The notes: generated from the letters alone by a model not told the origin. A stretch of 64,000 nucleotides of DNA from an uncultured archaeon (GCA_964480705.1 CAYZPC010000001.1:31297-95296), one strand, 5' to 3'. Shown: positions 27,219 through 37,775, counted from the first letter of the stretch. A program made the numbers and translations.

Positions 27219-27626
27219 ATGAACACACTCCAACTTTTCACCATTGGATTTATTTTCACGTTATTTGCTTCACCTGCGTTTGCGTGGCCGGCTTTTGTAG
27301 CCGACACGTGGAACACCAATCAAGTGTACGCGGGCTCGTATTACGCCCCTTCATCCCCTTATTCGGGCTGGACATACAACGCCTACTACCCTAACTCCGG
27401 CTACCCTGTCATGGGCGGCGGACGCATGTATCCGTATGGGTACAATTCGGGTTCGTACGCGGTTCCCAATTACTATTATGGAACTGGCTACACTGCGTAT
27501 GCTCCTCCTTCCTATCCTGGGCATTATGTGTCAGGAAATTATTACGGAATGCCCGTTCATTCCTCGCTTGAAGTAGGTTTCGGGAATGATAATTTTTACG
27601 TGCGCTGCACCTACTATTCGTGCTGA
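27219..27626 (+). CDS. Secreted Tyr/Gly-rich low-complexity protein
   Basis: Signal MNTLQLFTIGFIFTLFASPAFA; mature part about 30% Tyr with GY/YY/SY repeats. Confidence 0.55.
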   Translation: MNTLQLFTIGFIFTLFASPAFAWPAFVADTWNTNQVYAGSYYAPSSPYSGWTYNAYYPNSGYPVMGGGRMYPYGYNSGSYAVPNYYYGTGYTAYAPPSYPGHYVSGNYYGMPVHSSLEVGFGNDNFYVRCTYYSC

Positions 27627-27643
27627 GCACTTTTTTTTAGTTT

Positions 27644-28087
27644 TTAGTGCGCAATCTTCACCACACGCGCCTCAAATGCGTGTTCCAAAATATCTTTGGT
27701 TTGAATTTTGAGTAAAGAGAATTTGTCTCCCCCGCCGGCAATCACCCACGCATGTTTCGTAATGGCTTCATCCACTAGTGTTGGAGTCCCATAGATGGAA
27801 ATGGGTGGCACGCCCCCAACTTCATACCCCGTCACGGCCTCTACTTCGGCAGGGGTGGCTAAGCGAATATTTTTCGTTTCAAGCAAGGCAGCAATGGCTT
27901 GCGTATTCACTTTCTTCTCCCATTCTACTATTGCAAGTACGAACCCTTTTTCATGTGCGAAAAGGATGGTTTTGACTCCCGGGAAGGAGGATTCAATGGC
28001 CGCCGCTTGCTTGCTATTAGCCACTTCCGCGTCAAAGTGCATAATCTCGGCGTTTGGCCCATTTACGGCAATATACTCGTCAAGCAT
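27644..28087 (-). CDS. YbaK/ProX-type aminoacyl-tRNA deacylase
   Basis: GYEVGGVPPISIYG and overall YbaK domain pattern. Confidence 0.75.
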   Translation of the reverse strand: MLDEYIAVNGPNAEIMHFDAEVANSKQAAAIESSFPGVKTILFAHEKGFVLAIVEWEKKVNTQAIAALLETKNIRLATPAEVEAVTGYEVGGVPPISIYGTPTLVDEAITKHAWVIAGGGDKFSLLKIQTKDILEHAFEARVVKIAH

Positions 28088-28166
28088 CGTAACTCGTATA
28101 TATTGGTTTCCGCACGGTTTAAATAAAAGATAGGCCCATATTCTTATTATTCACATGAATTAGTGA

Positions 28167-28766
28167 ATGAGCCTTCCCATGTCTACCAAAGCACGTATTC
28201 CCAATGGCGCCAAGCTCATTATTATCGTCTTGAGCTTCTTTCTCGCCCTCACGTTTGTGCGTGCGGTCACTCTACAAGCCGACTCTCAAGAGGTTGTTTT
28301 TTCAGGTTCGCAATCTATTGTGTTTCCCGTTTCGGTGACGAACCCCACTAATTCACCCGTCATTCCTAACTTTTTAGCGGACGGACCATTCACTATTATT
28401 CTTCCTTCCGATAACGCCCCCATTCCTGCGAACGATTCCAAATCGTATGCGTTACAATTTTTCCCCGCCTCCACATTCAAAGTGGGAGATGTGTATGCTG
28501 GACAGTTGCGCGTAATTACGGGCGATGGTGAAACAGCCCTTCCTCTCACTTTTCGCATGAACCCCGCTCCCTTGTTCAACAACCCTTCCAATCTTTCGGC
28601 GCCAGTTTCCCCTACGGGATTCTTTTCGTTTGCCTCATTGTTCAATTTGTCCTTTTTTTCATCCCTTTCAATTGTGGATGTTTTCTTGGTGGTTATTGTC
28701 ATTGTTCTTACCGTTGCACTTGTTGCGCGTATCAAGAATAGATTGATTGGGGAGGAAAAATCATGA
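28167..28766 (+). CDS. Surface protein 1 of a three-gene operon (signal peptide plus C-terminal TM)
   Basis: Signal LIIIVLSFFLALTFVRAVT; C-terminal helix VFLVVIVIVLTVALVA. Confidence 0.6.
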   Translation: MSLPMSTKARIPNGAKLIIIVLSFFLALTFVRAVTLQADSQEVVFSGSQSIVFPVSVTNPTNSPVIPNFLADGPFTIILPSDNAPIPANDSKSYALQFFPASTFKVGDVYAGQLRVITGDGETALPLTFRMNPAPLFNNPSNLSAPVSPTGFFSFASLFNLSFFSSLSIVDVFLVVIVIVLTVALVARIKNRLIGEEKS

Positions 28767-30559
28767 ACACACTCTTGAAAGTTCTTGCATTCATTGCCGC
28801 GGTGTTATTTGTCGCGCCTGCGGTGCACGCCATTCCCTACACTGCTTCCTTTACTTCTCCCTCAGCCGTCTCGCTTCTCGAGAATATGTCGGTTTCTATT
28901 CCCCTTGAAATTCAAAACAATGATTTTCAGTCTCATACGGTTACATTGTCCGGTTTCTCCGATGAAGCAACCGTGAAAATTATCCCCAATTTGAAAACAT
29001 TCACCATTGCGCCCTATGAAAAAGTCACGGTTGGAATTACTGTGCGCGCCACCGATGATGCCGACCATGAAACGGTTCCCGCCCGAGTGCGAGTCAGTTT
29101 AGATGGTGACACGCGCGATGTTCCCCTCACAGTTTATGTGGGTTCCAATCCCTTCCTCACGCTCACGACATTCAATTCTACCGTGTGCGCCAATGAGTAT
29201 GTGGAAAGTATTTCTGTTTTAGTGGAAAATCGCACGAGCGCTGACACTCAAGTAACATTGCGCGCCGAGCAATCCATTTTGCTTCCCTTCACGGAAGAAG
29301 AAACCCTCACGTTAGAGAATGGAATTGAACAATTTGTCACCTTCCGCGTGAACGTTTCCCCTGCGAATGCGGGTAAATACACGGGAACCATTTTCGCGGA
29401 CACGAATCAAATCGTGGTGGTGCGTCCATTCGTTGTGAGTGTAAATGATTGCCCCGAAACGGTGGAGAAAACCATTTCTCTCAAATTGCCCACGAAAGTG
29501 TATGATTTAACCAAATTGAAAACCACGAATGTTCCTCTTTCGGTGAAAAACCTCACCGATGAAGCACAGTTTGTGGAATTCTTTGTGGACACGGACATGG
29601 GGTACACGCTCAATAGCATCACCATTGCCCCCCGCGACACGGCTAACATTAATCTCTCCCTCACTCCCGACACGAGTATTCCCGCGGGAAAGAAAGCCAT
29701 CACCATTACAGCCATTGCCGGCGGGTATCGCATTGCGCAATCGTTGAATGTGAATGTGCTTCCTTTGGATTTGTTAGAGTTGGAAAACGTTTCCTCCATT
29801 TACACGCTCTTTGAGGGAGATTCATCCTCAATGGATTTCATCGTGCACAATCGCGGAGATTCATCTCAAAGCATTTCATTGGGAATGCAGTCCAGCGTCT
29901 CCGATATCACATCCACTTTTACCCCTGCGAATGTGACCGTGTCACCCGGAAAGTCCGTGCGTGTCCAACTCACACTCACTGCGAATGAACACGTTTCGGT
30001 GACGCGCGTGAATACTTCTATTGTTGCGAATGGAAACAAGTCCAGTGCCACTCTTCCCTTGTCCTATGTAGTGGAACCCAACCCCACTGCCTTAGAAGGG
30101 GCATTGAAGTTTGTGAGCATTCCAAAAGAAATCTCCCTGAACGCAGACGAACAGAAAGAAATCACCATTACGTTGCGCAACGAGTCCGACACTGCCATTA
30201 CGGGCGTTCGCTTCCGCTTGTTGGGAGTGAGCGGCGCTAACATTAGTGTTGTGGGCCCTGCCTCCGCCACGTTGGCACCGTATGAGACGCAATCCTTCAC
30301 GTTACGTGTTGTCACACAAGAAGACACTCCTTCCGGAGTCTATTCTCCTATTCTCATCGCGCAGGGCGACAACGGCTCCGGCCGCGCTCCCATGAGTATT
30401 CGCGTGAATGATGGTTTCGTGAATGGACTCTTGACGGGTTTAGTCACGTTTGCCAATGAGCGTGCGGGAATTTTGGGTTTCATTGTTCTCGTGATTCTCG
30501 CGGGATATTATATTTTTTCCCGCTCCGAGAAACGCTCTCCTGTTTGGACGGCGAAATAG
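28763..30559 (+). CDS. Surface protein 2 (598 aa, signal peptide, repeated beta-rich domains, C-terminal TM)
   Basis: Start overlaps the upstream stop by 4 nt; MNTLLKVLAFIAAVLFVAPAVHA; C-terminal GILGFIVLVILAGYYIF. Confidence 0.65.
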   Translation: MNTLLKVLAFIAAVLFVAPAVHAIPYTASFTSPSAVSLLENMSVSIPLEIQNNDFQSHTVTLSGFSDEATVKIIPNLKTFTIAPYEKVTVGITVRATDDADHETVPARVRVSLDGDTRDVPLTVYVGSNPFLTLTTFNSTVCANEYVESISVLVENRTSADTQVTLRAEQSILLPFTEEETLTLENGIEQFVTFRVNVSPANAGKYTGTIFADTNQIVVVRPFVVSVNDCPETVEKTISLKLPTKVYDLTKLKTTNVPLSVKNLTDEAQFVEFFVDTDMGYTLNSITIAPRDTANINLSLTPDTSIPAGKKAITITAIAGGYRIAQSLNVNVLPLDLLELENVSSIYTLFEGDSSSMDFIVHNRGDSSQSISLGMQSSVSDITSTFTPANVTVSPGKSVRVQLTLTANEHVSVTRVNTSIVANGNKSSATLPLSYVVEPNPTALEGALKFVSIPKEISLNADEQKEITITLRNESDTAITGVRFRLLGVSGANISVVGPASATLAPYETQSFTLRVVTQEDTPSGVYSPILIAQGDNGSGRAPMSIRVNDGFVNGLLTGLVTFANERAGILGFIVLVILAGYYIFSRSEKRSPVWTAK

Positions 30560-30568
30560 TGCGAAAGG

Positions 30569-32062
30569 GTGATGGATTACATGAGTAAGCGTTGGGCGCA
30601 GCCTTCAACACGCTCCACTCCGGAGTTATTCATTAAGCGCAGCCTCATTCGACCGGTGCACGTCATGCTGATCCTCGCGGGAATGGCGTTGCTTCTTTCC
30701 GCGGCGCAGATGCACGCGTACACACCTTCTTCCACTGCCATTTTCTCATCTGTTTCAACGCAGGAATTATTTCTCCAGCCCGATTCGGAGTTGCCCGTGG
30801 ATATTTTCGTCAACACCCCGTATGGGAAACCCGTGAATGTTTCTTTTTCCACTGATTACCCTTCGCACGTATTGCGTGTCGATGGAGAATTGCATTCCAT
30901 TTCCACGTCTTTTCCGTTGCAACGCGAGATGCGCGTGTATGCGAATTGGAACGCTCCGCAGGGAGATTATTTAGTTACCTTGCGCGTGCACGTGCAAGAT
31001 GGTGGACAATCTTTCACTGAAACCCACCCCATTCGTGTTCACGTTGGAGAAAAGGGTTTGCTCACGTACTACACCACATCCAACACTACCCTTCCCGCGC
31101 GTGTTTCCGCGCCCATTTTTTCCACGAATGCCATTAATCTCTCCCGCACCGAGCGCACCACCGTTTCGGTTTCATTTCTCAATACGGGTTCCTCGACTGA
31201 TTATTTGGTTCGTCTCGCCGAACCCTCGTTGAATTTGCTTGTTCACGTGGTGAATGAAACCCATCGCCTCGTGGAAGACGGTTCGCGTGTCACATCTTGG
31301 TTGGATATTACGGCGCGCACGAATACTCCCTTTGGTGAAACTCCCTTGTATGTGGAAGCATACAATATGGTTTCCGGAGAAAAAACTCTTTTGGGCGTTG
31401 TCCGTGTGAATGTGTATGAGACATTCAACCTTGACGCGCGATTGCCTTTTCACTCATTTGTCGTTGAAGAGAATGATTTGATTGAAACCACTCTCTCGCT
31501 TGAAAATACGGAATACTCGGATGTGGATGTCATCATCGAGTCGAGTTCCTCACTCGCTCAGCCTGCCAATTCAACCATTCGTGTTCCGGCAAAAACTTCT
31601 ATTACCGTTCCTCTGTCCATTCACGCTTCCCCCTCACTGGGTGTGCGCGGCGACACATTGTATGTGATGAACCCCAATCTCACCGAGCAGGTTTCTTTTA
31701 CGGTTGAAACGGTTCCCCGCGGCACGTTGAAACCCATTGTTTCGGATGAGAATGCGAGAGGAAATGGTTCTCCTTTCACTCCAATTTCTGGCTTTGTTTC
31801 AGGAGTTTTTTCATCCGTGTGGGGATTGGTAATTATTGCGCTCGCCGGGTTGATTATTTTCTCTCAAAAATTTAGAGAGGGTGTCGTGGCTCGTTTGCCC
31901 AAGCCGGTTCCTCCTGCTAAAGCGCCTCCGGTTCCTAAACCGTCTTCACTTCCCGCACCATCTGCTCCTGCGCCCGTCCCATCCGCGCCTGCTCCAGGAA
32001 TTGTTTCAAATGTTCCTGTTCCCACTTCCAAAACGGATGCGACGCCGGCACAAAATAATTAA
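30569..32062 (+). CDS. Surface protein 3 (signal/anchor, C-terminal TM plus Pro-rich tail)
   Basis: VHVMLILAGMALLLSAA N-terminal helix; C-terminal VWGLVIIALAGLIIF then PKPVPPAKAPPVPKPSS. Confidence 0.6.
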   Translation: MMDYMSKRWAQPSTRSTPELFIKRSLIRPVHVMLILAGMALLLSAAQMHAYTPSSTAIFSSVSTQELFLQPDSELPVDIFVNTPYGKPVNVSFSTDYPSHVLRVDGELHSISTSFPLQREMRVYANWNAPQGDYLVTLRVHVQDGGQSFTETHPIRVHVGEKGLLTYYTTSNTTLPARVSAPIFSTNAINLSRTERTTVSVSFLNTGSSTDYLVRLAEPSLNLLVHVVNETHRLVEDGSRVTSWLDITARTNTPFGETPLYVEAYNMVSGEKTLLGVVRVNVYETFNLDARLPFHSFVVEENDLIETTLSLENTEYSDVDVIIESSSSLAQPANSTIRVPAKTSITVPLSIHASPSLGVRGDTLYVMNPNLTEQVSFTVETVPRGTLKPIVSDENARGNGSPFTPISGFVSGVFSSVWGLVIIALAGLIIFSQKFREGVVARLPKPVPPAKAPPVPKPSSLPAPSAPAPVPSAPAPGIVSNVPVPTSKTDATPAQNN

Positions 32063-32086
32063 TGAGAATTATTATTTCTGATTGAA

Positions 32087-34018
32087 TTATTTTCGATAAC
32101 TAGTCGCAATGCCCTCATCTAAGCATGAGAGGCACGACACTAAGTTGCTGCACACAGTGGTACAGTCTTTTTCGAGTTTGAAGTTTGGAATGGCCATTTG
32201 GTAAATGTGGCTTGCATTAATGTTGCTTGTTTTATCGGTGGTTAATTTTTCTGTGCTCAAAGAAAAATTGAATTTGTATTCTTTGTATCCGCGGATTTTG
32301 AGAACGGCTTGATACTCTCCTGGGTAAATAGGATTGTATTCCTGCAATTCCGTTGGTTTTCCATTCGGGTCGCGTTTACTTACGGCTGCAGCTGTTGTCA
32401 AATATTTTCCAGGGTTGGCTTGGTTGAACAACAATCCCTCATATGCTTTGTCGCGTGTCGTCGCTGGTTCATTTGCTTCAGGCTGTTGGAGTGGTTCGGC
32501 CAACCAGGATGTTCGGTCATTCACATGAATGAGTTCAAGTGTCATCATGTCATGAATGGCATCATTCGAGAGGCGATCATCCGTGTTGGGGTCGTTGTCC
32601 GGGTCGTTTAATTCAGGATTATTTTTGCGTAATACGTTGAGCGTGTCATTCGTGAGTTTAAATCGGAAAATGTCTTTGGAAGGGTCTTCGCTTGCTTTGA
32701 TGCGCACGGTTTGAATAGTGTCTTCGGTTCCCGGCACGTTGGTTTGTTTGATGCGGTACAACACCGTGATTTTTCCGCGCTGGGATGAGAGGAACGTGGC
32801 TTTGTAATCAAGCACGCTGGCTAATGGAGTAATGTCTCCGAAATCGGCTAAAATTTCTTTGCTGTGAGTGACTGTTTTCCAATAGGGAACAAATGTTCCA
32901 TTTTCCGCGGCACATAATCGCATTCCAAGAGTGAGTTTTCCCATTCCGGGTAAATTTACAATTTTATTGGACGCGTATTCTTTCGTAGTGTTGGGGTGCG
33001 CGGTGTTGTATGCATCTACTGCTCCCGTAATCGTACTAACCGGTTGTCCAATGTCGGTTCCAAACAATCCGACCGTTTGAATGGTTGTATAAATATCAAT
33101 TCCTTGTCCTATTAAATTGCGAAAAATATCCCATCCAATACTTTGTACGGTGTCAATGCGCGACGCGACACTTGCGGCAATGGTTTCATTATTGTTGAAG
33201 TGCCAAATTTGCAGCAAATAAACAGCGTTTCCTTTTGAATCTTGGAAAATAATATTTCTCGGGCTTAGTGCATATTCGGATGTCGTTGTAGTGGAGATTT
33301 TCTCATCCAAGTCTGCTCCCCCTTCGCGAAATTCAGGAGAGGAATCTCCTAATGTAATGAATTGGGGCGCGTCATTTCCAATTTCACAATATTCATTCAA
33401 CACCGGCGTTGCTTCCGCCACTTGCTGAGCAGTGGGTGTTGCGGTTGGAGCGGTGGGTGTGGTCGTTCCGGGCGTGGATGGATTTACTGCTTGTAACACG
33501 GGCAAGCTTGCTTCGAGTTTAGGCAAAAAATCCGTTGCCATGTAGGCTCCTTCCGTGTCATCGAGCTGGCAATCGCTGTTTGATAATAATCCTGAGAAGC
33601 TCATGTTGCTTGATTCTAATTCCGATTCATAATCTAATGCATACTGCGCCGAGAACGCGTCCCACACGCTGGTTTCACAATCAATCGCAGAATAGGTGTC
33701 TCCAATTTTAACGTAAACAATTCCTTCCGTGTTATCCGTTTCTTCTTCCACAAAGAGATACGTGTTGTTAATGGTTGGATCTGCTCCTTCGGTGAAAATG
33801 AATGCTTGTTGTCCGGCTAAATCGCGCATTTTTCTCAATAGGGGAACAACATTGTCTCCTGATGAGAGCGCGGGAATATTTTTTCCCCCAATGCTTTCTT
33901 GTCGAATAACCGTGTATCCTCCGCTGCCCTGTGCTTCGGAGTCGGTGGCATAAAAGAGGAATAACCCCCCTACTACGAGTGTTAGAATGATTCCGGCGGC
34001 GAGATAATGGGGTTGCAT
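32087..34018 (-). CDS. Large N-terminally anchored extracellular protein (643 aa)
   Basis: MQPHYLAAGIILTLVVGGLFLFYATDSEA; T/P-rich linker; no recognisable catalytic motif. Confidence 0.6.
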   Translation of the reverse strand: MQPHYLAAGIILTLVVGGLFLFYATDSEAQGSGGYTVIRQESIGGKNIPALSSGDNVVPLLRKMRDLAGQQAFIFTEGADPTINNTYLFVEEETDNTEGIVYVKIGDTYSAIDCETSVWDAFSAQYALDYESELESSNMSFSGLLSNSDCQLDDTEGAYMATDFLPKLEASLPVLQAVNPSTPGTTTPTAPTATPTAQQVAEATPVLNEYCEIGNDAPQFITLGDSSPEFREGGADLDEKISTTTTSEYALSPRNIIFQDSKGNAVYLLQIWHFNNNETIAASVASRIDTVQSIGWDIFRNLIGQGIDIYTTIQTVGLFGTDIGQPVSTITGAVDAYNTAHPNTTKEYASNKIVNLPGMGKLTLGMRLCAAENGTFVPYWKTVTHSKEILADFGDITPLASVLDYKATFLSSQRGKITVLYRIKQTNVPGTEDTIQTVRIKASEDPSKDIFRFKLTNDTLNVLRKNNPELNDPDNDPNTDDRLSNDAIHDMMTLELIHVNDRTSWLAEPLQQPEANEPATTRDKAYEGLLFNQANPGKYLTTAAAVSKRDPNGKPTELQEYNPIYPGEYQAVLKIRGYKEYKFNFSLSTEKLTTDKTSNINASHIYQMAIPNFKLEKDCTTVCSNLVSCLSCLDEGIATSYRK

Positions 34019-34086
34019 GCACGTTTACGGTTTTGGGCCTTTAAATAGGTTTTCACGTTCCCATTCCATTTGGCAAATCCCTTGAG

Positions 34087-36039
34087 TTAAATCCGCTTAT
34101 TTTCCTTTTCTTTCCAAAATCCCTTTATTTTTTCAGCGGGGCTCGTGGAGAGTTCATACTCGTGGGCGGGAGGAAAACAGTCCTTGTAGTTGGTTTGCGT
34201 GTAGCGCTTGTCCAGAAACACCACCACTCCCTCGTCTGTGGGGGTGCGAATAACCCTTCCAGCGGCTTGCAATGCTTTATTCATCGCGGGATAAATGTAT
34301 CCGTATTGCCATCCTTTCTGGAAGCGTTTTTCATAATAATTAACCAGTGCTTGCGTTTCCAAATTCATTTCCGCGAGGGGAATCCCCACGACAATTACTC
34401 CTAACAATTCGTTTCCAGGAAAATCCAATCCTTCTCCAAAACTCCCGCTCGTGCACGCCAGCAACACGGCTCCAAATCCGCGCGAGTGTTGTTTGAACTC
34501 ATTCAACAATTTTTCGGTTTCGTGCATTTTCATTCCTTCGCGCTGAAATAATAATTGTCGCGGCGTGTAGTCCTGCATTTTTCTCCCAATGTTATCCAAT
34601 AATTGAAACGATGGAAAAAATACTACGGTGTTTCCCGGAATTTGGTTGACCATTTTTCCGGTCTCGGATGCAAATGTGGTGAATGTTTCCTCGCTGCGTT
34701 CCGTAAATTTAGTCGATGCAAGGGGAGCAATCATTTGCAACCTATTTTGTTTGGGAAACGGAGAGGGGTAATACCCGTGTTCTGTTTTTTCTTTATTTAC
34801 TCCAATAATATCCGCAAACATTTTCGTGGGATGCAGGGTGCCTGACATGAGTAAGCATCCGTGCATTTTCTCCAACACTTTTTTGGTAAGCGGAGCCGGG
34901 TCGAGTGCTTTTACACCAACCGAATAATCATCTGCGTATCCCCATTTTTTGACTACTCGTGCGAGTCCTTCGCTTTCATTCGCCCATTTTTCTAAAAATT
35001 CTCCCACTTGAATAAGGAAAGAGGAATCTTTTCCGCTTTTTTCTAAATAATCCACTCCGCGCATTTCGCATTGCAGCGCAAATTCTTCCACATCCAGTTT
35101 TTCGGCTAAAAAAGTGCTCCATTTTTTTTCATCTAATAATTCTTCATTTCCACTCATTTTTTTTCCGTGCGCGCGCAAATGATGCTCCATGCGCGAGAGA
35201 ATTTTTTCCATTTCTTCATCTTTCAAATAGTGTGCTTCCTCTGCCGCTCGTGTGAGTTGTTTCGTGTTGAGCGTCGTTGAAAGTAATCCGCGCACACGCT
35301 CGGGAAGGTTGTGCGCTTCATCCACAATCAATAGACAATTTTCAGGTTTCTTTCCTAATTTTGGCAGCACGAGTTCACTGACACTCGGAGAAAAAATGTG
35401 ATAGTAATCCGCAATAATCACATTTGCTTTTTTGGCTAATTCCATGCTGGTTTCAAATGGACACATGGCCCAGGGCTGCATGCCCATTTGAAATGTGCTT
35501 GATTCATCTTTGATTTCTGCAGAGGAATGAACACCTTTCATTCTCGTGGAAAACTCTTGCCGGGCAATTTTGGCTTTTTCGCGTTGCAGCGTATCATATC
35601 CTTTCGCGTGTCCGTATGGAACGCACGTTTGGCTTTCTCTCTTCTTTCGGCACATCTCATAAAATCCTCTCCCTTCTTTCTGCTGGGTTTGCTCATCAAT
35701 GCATAAGTGTTTCTTCCCCACCAAATCCACCACGCGGAGTTTCAAATCATATTTAGCATTTATTCCACGTAACACGTCTACTGCAATAGCGTGCTGAGCG
35801 TTTTTGGGGGTGAGAAAAATAATCGTGAGAGTAGGGTCCTTTTGCAGTGCCACTCCAAGTGCGGCGCTCAAACTCGCGTCCGTTTTTCCTAATCCTGTTT
35901 CCGCATGTGCGAGGAAAATTTTTCCATTTTCAAATGCTTCATGTGCATCTATGATGAGTTTTTCCTGTCCTTCGCGCGGAGCATCAAACCGGAATGGAAT
36001 GGTTTTGGGCAGCATGCTAGAGTTACGGCCGGCACGCAT
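34087..36039 (-). CDS. xpd: XPD/Rad3-family (DinG-like) Fe-S DNA helicase
   Basis: AETGLGKT Walker A; LIVDEAHNLP DEAH box; 4-Cys Fe-S insert; QAAGRVIRTPTDEGVVVFLDKRY motif VI. Confidence 0.88.
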   Translation of the reverse strand: MRAGRNSSMLPKTIPFRFDAPREGQEKLIIDAHEAFENGKIFLAHAETGLGKTDASLSAALGVALQKDPTLTIIFLTPKNAQHAIAVDVLRGINAKYDLKLRVVDLVGKKHLCIDEQTQQKEGRGFYEMCRKKRESQTCVPYGHAKGYDTLQREKAKIARQEFSTRMKGVHSSAEIKDESSTFQMGMQPWAMCPFETSMELAKKANVIIADYYHIFSPSVSELVLPKLGKKPENCLLIVDEAHNLPERVRGLLSTTLNTKQLTRAAEEAHYLKDEEMEKILSRMEHHLRAHGKKMSGNEELLDEKKWSTFLAEKLDVEEFALQCEMRGVDYLEKSGKDSSFLIQVGEFLEKWANESEGLARVVKKWGYADDYSVGVKALDPAPLTKKVLEKMHGCLLMSGTLHPTKMFADIIGVNKEKTEHGYYPSPFPKQNRLQMIAPLASTKFTERSEETFTTFASETGKMVNQIPGNTVVFFPSFQLLDNIGRKMQDYTPRQLLFQREGMKMHETEKLLNEFKQHSRGFGAVLLACTSGSFGEGLDFPGNELLGVIVVGIPLAEMNLETQALVNYYEKRFQKGWQYGYIYPAMNKALQAAGRVIRTPTDEGVVVFLDKRYTQTNYKDCFPPAHEYELSTSPAEKIKGFWKEKENKRI

Positions 36040-36100
36040 TTAAGCACGTTTCAACGAAAATTCCGACGCGTTTTTTAATGATGAATGGTTTGTTCAGCGT

Positions 36101-36877
36101 ATGCCCGAACTCTTAGACTTGTCTCTCCCCACCTCCAGCGGGTTGTCTGCCGAAAAATCGAAGCATGCCGTGCGGCGTGTTCCCACGGGCATACCTGGTT
36201 TTGATGATTTGATTCAGGGTGGTTTTGAAGAGAAAACAAATACTCTTGTAGCGGGCTACGCGGGCACGGGCAAGACTACTTTTTCGATGCAGTTTTTGTA
36301 TAATGGTGCGACGCAGTGGAACGAACCTGGCGTCTATTTGAGTTTTGCTGAGAGTAAAGAAAGTATTTACAATCACTGCATGAATTTTGGGTGGGATTTT
36401 TATGCGTTGGAAAAGCAAGGTCTTGCGCGCCACTTATTTTACAAAGCCCACCAAGTCAACAAGCTCTTAGAAGAGGGCGGCGGCACCGTGCGCGATACAA
36501 TTGCAGAGATTGGTGCCAAGCGCCTGGTGATTGATTCCATTACCGCGTATGGATTGTTGTTTCGTGATGATTACAAGCAGCGCGAAGCATTATTGTTGTT
36601 TTTTGATATGCTGGTGAAGTGGGGTTGCACGAGTTTGATTATTGCCGAACAACTTACTGGTATTCAGGATGCGCGCGCCGGGGAAATTGGCTTTTTGACG
36701 GATGGAATCATCTCTTTTTCGTATGCGCAAGTAGAAGATGACGTGGGCCGGCGTACGCGACAGCACCAGATGGAAGTCTTGAAGATGCGCGGCACGAACC
36801 ATTATAATGGAATTATTGAAATCCAGTTCACTAAGCAGGGATTAGTCTGCCATAAAGCCGTTCGCGACGGAGAATAG
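36101..36877 (+). CDS. KaiC/RadA-like RecA-superfamily ATPase (single-domain KaiC homolog)
   Basis: LVAGYAGTGKTTFSMQFLYNGA Walker A and KaiC-like layout. Confidence 0.75.
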   Translation: MPELLDLSLPTSSGLSAEKSKHAVRRVPTGIPGFDDLIQGGFEEKTNTLVAGYAGTGKTTFSMQFLYNGATQWNEPGVYLSFAESKESIYNHCMNFGWDFYALEKQGLARHLFYKAHQVNKLLEEGGGTVRDTIAEIGAKRLVIDSITAYGLLFRDDYKQREALLLFFDMLVKWGCTSLIIAEQLTGIQDARAGEIGFLTDGIISFSYAQVEDDVGRRTRQHQMEVLKMRGTNHYNGIIEIQFTKQGLVCHKAVRDGE

Positions 36878-36956
36878 GTTTTTTCGGGTTTTAATCAAAT
36901 TTTTCTCAAAAATTTGGCGCACTAGCCTTAAATCATTCTCTCGTGTATGAGAGTAT

Positions 36957-37775
36957 ATGTCCCCCATCCGTGTTTCCATTGAATCCCTGGGTAAAGTCCT
37001 CTCGCCCGAACAGCTAAAGCAGGCGGGTCTTCCGGCAAAAGGGGATTTGGAGCTTTCATCTTTAGAATCGAACACGTGGCTTCTCACTCTTTCTCCCGCG
37101 CAAACCGATTTACTGTCCTCGCAAAGCGCACCCCTTTCTCCCATGCAGCAGAAAGTGCTCCGCTTGCTCAAAACCCATCGCTTGCCTGATTTGATTGAGG
37201 GTCGTTTTGAGCGTTTTCTCGCCGATGAAGAGTTGAAAGCCTTCCGCGAACTCATTGAGCGTGGAAAAATTATTGTGATTAAATCCAATCCCAAATTTGA
37301 CAAGGGAATTTACCGCGAAGCCATGTCAGAAGAACTTCGCGCGGCCGTGCAAACACATGCTTCGCGCGGCGCTTCGTTTTCTCCGTCACCTGTGGAGAAA
37401 AAAATAGTCACTCACACGGTTGTTGAAGAGAAGCCCGTGGAGGAATACTCGCTCGTGAATGATGGTTTCATGGTTTTGCGCAGCGATGGTGCGGCAAAAG
37501 CGGCGAGTTTTGATTTGCAGGAAAGAATTCGCGCGGGTGAAGTGAAAGGAATCAAAACCTTTGATGGTTTTTACTATATTATTGAAAATTCTCTCTTGGA
37601 AAAGTTTACGCTGCCAGTCGTGAATGCGTTGAAGGCGAAAAAGCGCGAAGAGCTTGCACCCTTATCCCTCTCGCTGGCCATTCCTCCCTTGCTCACGCGC
37701 ATTGTTTTAGAGTTTGCTAAAGAAGATGGTCTCGTGATTGAGAAACAGAAGAATATGTTTGCGTACGTCGGATGA
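36957..37775 (+). CDS. Hypothetical protein with central winged-helix-like segment
   Basis: 272-aa ORF; QQKVLRLLKTHRLPDLIEGRFERFLADEELKAFRELIERGKIIV. Confidence 0.45.
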   Translation: MSPIRVSIESLGKVLSPEQLKQAGLPAKGDLELSSLESNTWLLTLSPAQTDLLSSQSAPLSPMQQKVLRLLKTHRLPDLIEGRFERFLADEELKAFRELIERGKIIVIKSNPKFDKGIYREAMSEELRAAVQTHASRGASFSPSPVEKKIVTHTVVEEKPVEEYSLVNDGFMVLRSDGAAKAASFDLQERIRAGEVKGIKTFDGFYYIIENSLLEKFTLPVVNALKAKKREELAPLSLSLAIPPLLTRIVLEFAKEDGLVIEKQKNMFAYVG

